Shown here: piece by piece, positions 55,651-64,000 of the stretch
Layout: each line of letters opens with the position of its first letter
Position numbering within the stretch: the first letter of the stretch is position 1
Source of the DNA: Eledone cirrhosa
Taxonomy: Eukaryota
Assembly: GCA_964016885.1 (NCBI GenBank)
Contig: OZ024741.1
Span: forward strand, 309,504,001 to 309,568,000
Length of the DNA stretch: 64,000 bases
Direction: 5' to 3'
Made by a program: the position numbers and the translations under genes
Notes under the pieces: generated by a model
The model's input: only the letters and a program-made list of their open reading frames with translations
What the model was told of the DNA's origin: nothing
Databases searched by the model: none

Positions 55651-56456
55651 TCATTTGATCCTGGTTTGAACACCAATTGAGCCATAACCATACCCCTATT
55701 TCATCATTCGGCGACACGCCTCATGTGTCATGCATAATGTGAATGGACCCATGGGCCCATGAGCACAGATCTTGAGCAGCAGCGGACGGTCTTGTCGTCC
55801 TGCTCATCCTTGATCTTGACCAATCCGTCCATCTTCTCCTTGCATCTTGTCCTTGAGTTCAAGTCCGGCAGTCCAGATGAATGCGTGCCACAGCTGTCTG
55901 GTACAGGAAGGGGGAGCAGGAGGACTGGAGGGATGACGGGACAGAGGGAGGGAGGACCGGTGGTTGAGGGAGGTGCCGTAGTCGGTGGTCAGAGTCGACA
56001 TCTTGTCCCAGTCGTCTTCTCCATTTTCGTCTGGTGTTGCGGGACCAGAAGTGCATTCTTGGAGGAGACCTGCAGCTGCATCGGCCAATTCTTCTTGCAA
56101 TGGTCATTCTGACGGAACAGAACTGCTCAGCCAACCAACCCCAACCAGAACCAACCACTCAGGGGCAACGCACAATGAGACCATGACAATTATTATGCAC
56201 TAATCAAGAAGATACTGGGGCATAGCACAGGACACGAATAAAAAAATTTTGCCACTAATATTATTGTAAAATTTTTTATTTCTTGTCCAATTCTTTAAAG
56301 TTTTATCTTAGTTTCTTGTCCTATTCTTTTAAAGTTTTATCTTAGTTTCTTGTCCTATTCTTTTAAAGTTTTATTTTAGTTTTTTGTCCTGTATTTTTAA
56401 AGGTTTATATTCCAACAATATTACTTTTTTTTGCTGTACGCATTTTTCTATCTGGT
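55338..56456. repeat. ~218-bp inverted arms (55338-55555 / 56237-56456) with four ~34-bp sub-repeats, enclosing a GC-richer core
   Basis: Arms are near-perfect reverse complements; poly-G run at 55620-55649. Confidence 0.85.
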
Positions 56457-56729
56457 CTACTATTTTTTAAGGCAATGCAAGCAACAACTATCTAATAATT
56501 AAATGATCATAGTGAATTACTGACAAGTGATTGACATTTTAAAGTTCTTTTGAGTATAATTGCAATCTAGTTGAGGCAACTGGCTTAATGACAAAGCTAG
56601 TAAATCATGAATGCATTTGAGATGATTAGTGCATAATAGTGAATTGGTGAAACTTGTGCATTTCAATGGTGTTACAACAATAGATGTAAGTTATATAGTA
56701 GTAATACTTTATCATTTTAACTTTTTAGA

Positions 56730-57089
56730 ATGGACAAAAACCCATGCAAAGAAATGACTTTGACTGCAGTGATTCTCTCCAATTTACTTACAAAGCAAAA
56801 CGTGGTCAAATACCTTATCATCTCTGATAAAATGCCCATTGAATCACTGAAAATCGGATGCATGGAATTCCTCATAAAATGCACCTATGAATCGGAAGCC
56901 ATCACATATATCAATGGATATAGGGAGTTGTTCACACTGGAAGACCATCACTTCATTTGTGACTTCATCAGTTATCTCCACGATTATCTCAGACACCCAA
57001 TGCCATTGATGAGAGGTGGTCCAATGTGTGAGCATGTAACTAATCTTATAGAAGTTGTTATCGACCACCTGGCTTTTAGTGACATTTGA
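56730..57089 (+). CDS. Orphan 119-aa ORF of unknown function
   Basis: ATG-started, non-repetitive, globular-looking; preceded by tttttagA; flanked by ~38-bp direct repeats at 56458 and 57141. Confidence 0.4.
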   Translation: MDKNPCKEMTLTAVILSNLLTKQNVVKYLIISDKMPIESLKIGCMEFLIKCTYESEAITYINGYRELFTLEDHHFICDFISYLHDYLRHPMPLMRGGPMCEHVTNLIEVVIDHLAFSDI

Positions 57090-58257
57090 CTGATTTGATT
57101 GATAATGATGTATTTTTAAAAAGTATGTGTACATTCTTGTTACTATTTTAAGGCAATGCAAGCAACAACTATTTAATAAAATTTAAATTTAAAAATGACC
57201 ATTGTGCATTACTAGTATGATGACATTTTATTAAGTCACAAAATTAGTCAGTCAGCCATAGAACAAGTATCAGGTGGCAAAAACATTGGCAAAAATTTGT
57301 GTCAATTTAAGATTTCCAACATTGTTCAAATGAATCATATCTGGTTTGAAGTCAGATTTGTCAAATTTTGACCAATTTTCAATGTTGTGAAGACTGGGCA
57401 AGTTCAATTTTTGAATCATTTCTTTCGTGCAGTAATTAAACTTTTCCAAACGTCGTCATTTCTGGATTACCTCCCCTAGCGTCACGCTTACTACTCACTC
57501 ACTTGAACACAAGATTTATCAGCAAACTTTGATTATAAACTTTTTCCCGCTGGACCAAATTTCTAGATTTTTAAGCCAAAAGATGCGTAATGATCTACTG
57601 TTCATGCTCATATAAGTTTTATCTCAGTTAAATAAAGTAGAGCCGTGCTGTACTGTCGTAAACAGACGATTGCCAACGAAAACACGACCACAACAATATT
57701 ACTAAACGGACTACCGTCCGTTTAGGATAAATATACATACATACACACATACATACATACATACACACATACACACATACATACATACATACATACATAC
57801 ATACATACACACATACATACATACATACATACATACATACATACAAGTGTTGTTCCTGATTATGTTCTTGTCTATTTCAAAGGTAAAGATGATGTACTAA
57901 AGAAAGAAATATACATGAGTTTTGAACAAAGTTGAAAACCAGTTTGAGATCACAGCTTATCAAAAGAAGCTAGTGTCTTTTACTTTTTCTGAGAAATGTC
58001 TTCTCCAACATCTCCATATTCCATAAACAGGCGATGAATTTGATTTGTTTAGCTTTTAAAAGTAGAGCCAAACACATCTTCACTGTTTTTCTTTGTCATA
58101 AGTTAACTGGTGGTTTGATACCAAACTATGTAAACCACACATGCCTTCTAGGATACATAATTGTTTGTTTTAATGTGTTGATATTTATCTAAAAACAATC
58201 CATAATAATTTTAAGTAAGAACCAGCTTCATAGTACAAAAGTTAGTTTCATTATTAA

Positions 58258-58462
58258 CCCTTTAGCATTTACATTACTCTATATATATTATATTTTTATG
58301 GTAATGGCTTTATCTCACATAATATCGAATCTATGGGATATTGATATTATTTATTTTGAGAACAATATCTTAACATCAGTATGAGCGGCCAGTTACAGCA
58401 GGTTTGTACAGAAAGTCATGAGAGAATTCTGGTTGGGTACGGAAACTTTAAATGCTAAAGGG
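58258..58462. mobile_element. piggyBac-like MITE
   Basis: TTAA|CCCTTTAGCATTTA..TAAATGCTAAAGGG|TTAA. Confidence 0.85.
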
Positions 58463-58826
58463 TTAAATCTCTCAGAATTCTTGATTATTTTAAAAATTAA
58501 TTGAAAATTGTAGGCAGTGTATTTCATTAGAAAAAAGGTGAAACAACAATTAGATTAACATCTAATTTAATCCCAATATTAGCATAATAATTATTTGAGA
58601 AGTCTATATCACATATGAGGGACTAAACAGGCAGATCCATTAGAGTAATAGATTAAAAATATTTGTTCTGCCTCACTATGCTCTGAGTTAAAAGCTTGCT
58701 GAGGTCAACTTTGTCTTTCGACTTTCAGGGTTGATAAATAAAATACCAGTTCAGTACTGGGTCGATTCTCTGTATTGCATGTATGTATATATGTGCATAA
58801 TCGCATGAGTATATATATCTATCTAT

Positions 58827-59130
58827 CTAGGGCGGGTAAAATTCCCAAGATCCATGGACGAGTTCTCTCCAGTTGTCTCTGTCCCTCAGCTTCACTGCCA
58901 TGTCCTGCGTCTCCAAGAGACCTGTGTTTATCCTCAGAGCATCAACATATGGCAACCTCGGTCTCCCTCTTCTAGTGTGTCCGTGCAAGGGCTCCCACAG
59001 GAGCACTGAGTGCAATGTCAACCCTGAATGTCGGTGAGCATGTCCAGCTAACCTCAGTCTCCTCTGTATTACTTTCGAGCTGACTTTTGGGAGCCTCCCG
59101 TACAGCTCTGAGTTCTTCATCCTCAGTGTA
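58827..59130 (-). mobile_element. 3' fragment of RTE-like LINE
   Basis: NSELYG..RRLRLAGH..LLWEP..RRGRP..DRDNWR. Confidence 0.8.
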
Positions 59131-59192
59131 TACTGATTAATGTTCATATATGAACATAAATATATATATATATATGAACATATATATATATT

Positions 59193-59290
59193 TAATATAG
59201 AAATGGCTTCTACAGGACTAGAACTATTTCATTCGGGAGAAATCATCAGGACTGTGGTTACCCCCGATTGAACCCAGGATAAATTTATAT
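59193..59290. mobile_element. Tiny inverted remnant of the 1515-2085 family with a truncated HHR (59205-59250, -)
   Basis: CTGATGA tttc-tccc-gaat GAAAT ag-ttctagtc-ct GTA joined in opposite orientation to actgtggttacc (cf. 2046-2080). Confidence 0.65.
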
Positions 59291-59594
59291 ATATAAAAGA
59301 CATATAAATACAGATATAAAAATATGGGTTTGTATTTCTTTTCTTGATTTATTTTAAATTGAGTTTGGCAAACCCTATTGTTAATAGTTAATATTTTTTT
59401 CACCCTAGCGAATCTGGTCCCTTACGATTTGAACACATATATGTTTATATCTGTGTTTATATTTCTCTTATATTCAATTATATTACACGGCTCAGAAAAA
59501 CCTCTTTCTTTGAGCTATTTAATTGTAAGAGACTATTCTGAGTTTCTCACCCAATATATACCTTTGATATATATATATATACTTTTTTTTTAAA

Positions 59595-59638
<44 letters not shown>

Positions 59639-61567
59639 TCATCCTCATTTAACATCCACTTTCCACGCTAGCATGGGTTAGAATATATATATATGTCTTG
59701 CTCAAGGATGTGTTGTTTCCTTGAGCAAGACACTTTATTTCACATTGCTCTAGTTTACTCAGCTGTAGAAATGAGATGATAGGGACTGGGGTCCATATCA
59801 TTCCACTGCAAAGTGTTTGTGTAGGTGCCACGGCAAAAACCACCCACCACTCACTGTAAATGAGGTTGGTGTTAGGAAGGGCATCAAGCCAAAATCAGTT
59901 CCCGTCCCACCCTTGCAAGCAGGGAAAAAGCGGACGTAAAATGAAATGATGATGATATATAAACTATGTCTCTGATAGAGACTGGTGCAAAGAGGAAAAG
60001 TATTCCCTCAAGCTTACCTTCGCTTTTAAAATGTTATTTATTTTTCATTCTTTTTCAAACGCTGATGAAATTTTTTTTTTTTTTTTAATACAATATGGCA
60101 ACTATAAATTAATTTGAAATATTCTTAAAATCAAATTAGAATTGTTAAAATATAACAAATAAAATTTAAAAAATGAAAAATTCCTTTAGAGTAATCCCCA
60201 TTCTGTTAGCATAATGCCACCTGCATTTGACTGTACTTTGACAAATTATACCTAACGACACCTCTCAGCTCTGCCTTAAAGGCATCATTGCATCAACGAG
60301 AGATAGCCGAAAGATTCGTTACGATTCCTCAGCTAGCAATTTCTACCCTCGGTCTGGGGACTTTCCTTCAGGTGATGTCGAGATAGGTTCATCTCCGTTT
60401 GTAACCCGAACGCAAGTCTTAAAGGAACTCAGTTGATATCGTCAATAATCTACTTATATACCTCTGCAGCTCTCATACTTTCTATATTAACCTTGCCTCA
60501 TTTGCATATACATTTATTAATCTAGTTAGAATTAAATTATTATTTAGTTATATGTAATAAAGTTTACAGCATTTTATATAATACATTTAACCATATATTT
60601 TCAATTAATATTATATCCATATTTTTGGCATAATAGTTTTATATATAACATAATAGGATAATGAGGTGACTAAAATACGCAACCGGAAGTAAAGCAGCAC
60701 GGTGTTGTTGTCTACTTCAGTAAACAACCCAACGCGTTTCTTCCAGAAAATGTTTCCTATTCTTATTCCTAAAATAAAGAACCAGTCATTAATATTAAAA
60801 TCTAGGATATAAATTATCGTCGTGTAACTTTAGAAATTTTAACATTTTATTAATCATTGTTTATAAGGTAATCAAAGAATTTTATATAGCGTTTTATCGC
60901 TAGACATATAATAACGTCTGTACTTTTTTTCATTTTTGAAGTTTTATTATTGTTTTAGTAAATAACATTACAAATTGTTCACAATTCTTTCAGAATGAAA
61001 ATATAAACACATATAATAAATACAATTGTTCATATTTATTTGAGAATGAAAATATAAACACATATAATAAATACAATTGTTCACATTTATTTCAGAATGA
61101 AAATATAAACACTGGATTTTTTCCGTGTGAATCACAATATTTGGTGGATTAAAAAAAATATTGAAACTAAGGAAACCGGGGGTAAAAATAACGAATTTGA
61201 AATTTAATTGTTATACACTATCCGAAACTAACGTACTGAATGTGAAACCAATACCGAAAGAATAACACTTGTTTAATGAAAGCGAAAAAAGAAAGTGTGA
61301 TGTTCATACCTTTCCAAACGTCATAAACCAGGTATGTAATTTAAAACGTTGACCGTAGAAATTAAAATTAAACGAAGGGAAATTACTCTGTTTCGCCAGA
61401 CCATTTCTGAGCAAATGTTTTTAAATTAATTCTACGGTAAATTCCATCATCCTCCACAAATTTCATTCTATTCTTAAAACTTCTGCCCTTAATCTAAACA
61501 CATGTCATTGAATATGCAGGTGGGACCTGAATGTTTACAATCTTTCAATAATTATATTAATTAATAA

Positions 61568-61753
61568 CTGTTTTTACTATTGGCACAAGGCCAGCAAATA
61601 CTCAGTACATTACTGGTACTTTATTTTATCGACCCCCCCCCCCCGTAAGGATGAAAGGCAAAGTTAACCTCGGCGGGATTTGAACGCAGAATGGCAAGGG
61701 CCGTAACTCTATGCGTCAAAGCATGGCGTCCGACCCTCTACCGATACTGCCAA
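61568..61753 (-). mobile_element. tRNA-derived SINE (further fragments at 58681-58765 and 61848-62008)
   Basis: Reverse complement of the family sequence. Confidence 0.85.
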
Positions 61754-62008
61754 ACACGTGTAAAACACTTTTGTGAATATCTGAACAACTGACTGAAAAA
61801 CCTTTGTTTTTTGTATTTTTACAATAACATTTATGGAAGTTAACAAACTCCGCCGAGATTGAATTGGCCTTTCATTTTTTCAAAGGTGGTACAGTGTCAC
61901 CATGGTTAGACAATCAGGCAAAATCCTCCTTACGGAGTCGATAAAATAAAGCACCTGTAATGCACTAGGCGAATTGCTGGTCTTGTACCAAAAGTAGAAA
62001 CAATTATT

Positions 62009-62360
62009 GGCACTACAACGCTATTAGCTGTCAGTCCAGTGGAAAACAGGCGAATGTGACGTCACTCGTAAACATCGTTTATTTCCGTATTACTACCACG
62101 CGTAAGTGGAGTTTTCACGCGTTTTTTTTTTAGAGAGAGAGGGAAGACTTAAAAGGGCCAAATTAGGAAACAAGTCATGGTTATAAAGCATATCGATGTA
62201 AGGGGAGTTACTTAAATGAAAATATAGGTGGCCCTTAAAAGGGCTAAATTAGAAAACAAGTCATGGTTATCAATGTAGAAAACAAGTCATTCATAAATTT
62301 AACTTTTATAATCAAAATTTTTTCAGTAACAAATATGACAGCTAATAGCGTTGTAGTGCC
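62009..62360. mobile_element. MITE with perfect 25-bp TIRs, superfamily unassigned
   Basis: ggcactacaacgctattagctgtca / tgacagctaatagcgttgtagtgcc; no clear TSD. Confidence 0.75.
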
Positions 62361-63351
62361 CGCAATTCTGTATCTTTACGTATATTGCGCATAGATACGA
62401 GGGTTGACAAAGATACTCTCATGGAATGTGACCAAATGAGGTTTATTTTTCAACATAGTCTCCCTTGCGTTCCACACACTTCTTCCATCGGTGTTGCAGA
62501 ACTGAGATCAATGTTTTCCTCGGTAGTGGCAGTTGTAGGACGTCCAGACATTGGGTCATCTTCAAGAATCCCCTATCCTTTCCTAAATTCGGCTGCCTAC
62601 TTTTGCACAAAGGAAAATTGTGGTACAATATTGCAAGGTCTGCTTATAGCATTATCCATCTTTCAAAAATGAAGGTCCACATTTCGTCGACTTCAATACA
62701 TTTTATTACATTTTATTGTATTGTAAACATTAACTTTTATGGAAATTTTATTACAAAATTTCAATTTAGTTCGATTTTTTGGAATTTATTTAACAAACAT
62801 GGAAAAATAAGAAAAAGAATAAAATAAAAAATAATTTGATTGCCTTTAATAAAGAAGATAAATAGAGTGGAACTGATTTCCAGGTCATACTAATGAAATA
62901 AGGTTTTTCCATTATTGATATTATCTGTCTGCCACAAGTCCTGGTAGAAGATGTTACACAAACTAATGTATTTTAATGAAAGACGCAACATGATGCAAGA
63001 TCGAAGAAACGAGCCCATGACTTTATAATGGTTAGTCCAGTACCGTAACCCCTAAGGCATGTGCCGTCACAGAGGAAAGGTAAATCATATTATAACAGAT
63101 TAGATGGGTACTATGTTAGATATTACTATGTGTCATATTATACCAAAGAGGAAGTGTGCTGTATAATAAACATTGATATCAGGTTGATTCAATAACTACC
63201 CGGTCCCGAATATGAACCCATGAACTTATGGTCGTCAGTCAAACACTTTAACCATTGTATGTATGTATACATGTATGGATGGATGGATGGATGTATGTAT
63301 GTATGTATGCATGTATGTATACATGTATATATGTAAGTATGTATGCGTGTA

Positions 63352-64000
63352 TGAGAACAACTGGAAGGACTTCAGGAGCTCGGTCTATGAGGCTTCAGCA
63401 GAGGTCCTTGGCTTTGTCACAAGAAAACAAGGACTGGTTTGATGAGAATGACCAGGAGGTCAAGGCTCTGCTAGACAGAAAACAAAAGGCACTTGATGCA
63501 GTTCTTAACGGTGGTAGCTCTGTTGGTGACAATTATGAGCGTTACAGACAGGTAAAGAAAGAAGTGCAGGTGAAACTCGGGGCTATGCAAAATACCTGGT
63601 GGAGCAACAAAGCAGATGAAGTTCAAGTGGCATCTGACGGCAACAATGTGAAACTGCCGCACTTTCTACTCACAGAGGTGTATGGCCCTTTCAGCTCTCC
63701 AGTGGCCCCTTTGAGATCGAAAGATGGCAAGCAATTACTGCGCTACCCAAAAGACACTCGACAGATAGAGAGATCACTTTGATGAGCTCTTAAACCAGCC
63801 ATCCCAGGTTGATGATGATTTCATTTGTTCCATTCCTATTGAACCAGTGAAGCATATGAGATGGCTAATGTATCTTCTCTTGCAGAGGGGACTTCTGTTG
63901 TGCATAAGCTGGACTGTGGTAAGTCTCCTGGTATGGATGGTCTGAGTGGAGCGGTTTTGAAGTGTGGTGGTGAAAACTTCACGCAGCGCCTGACTGACCT
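63352..64000 (+). mobile_element. RTE-clade LINE fragment running off the window
   Basis: KDWFDEND..WWSNKADEVQ..LRSKDG..HFDELLN..GKSPGMDG. Confidence 0.8.

Overview
Eukaryotic, very AT-rich, microsatellite-dense DNA. The tRNA-derived SINE family and repeat landscape suggest an Octopus-type cephalopod genome (inference). No complete host gene is supported, and most listed ORFs are microsatellite artefacts. The window is a mosaic of mobile elements: Penelope-like elements (PLEs; RT+GIY-YIG with inverted pseudo-LTRs), Dong/R4-, Tx1/L1-, CRE- and RTE-like LINE fragments, a 4.2-kb Helitron with both ends, SINEs and MITEs. One Dong fragment carries a 50x47-bp array in its 3' UTR. The main signal, read by eye, is about 20 type I hammerhead ribozyme (HHR) motifs from roughly a dozen families with no obvious similarity outside the core. 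Several sit in non-coding, terminally redundant units of about 320, 538 and 591 nt inserted in (TA)n, which are retrozyme-like and predicted to give circular RNAs. Unusual features include a compensatory U3-A8 core, a recurrent C-C mismatch in stem II and long stem II insertions. A separate oddity is a divergent pair of small orphan ORFs sharing a 16-nt upstream motif at 55.3-57.2 kb. All RNA folds were paired manually and have not been computed or tested.
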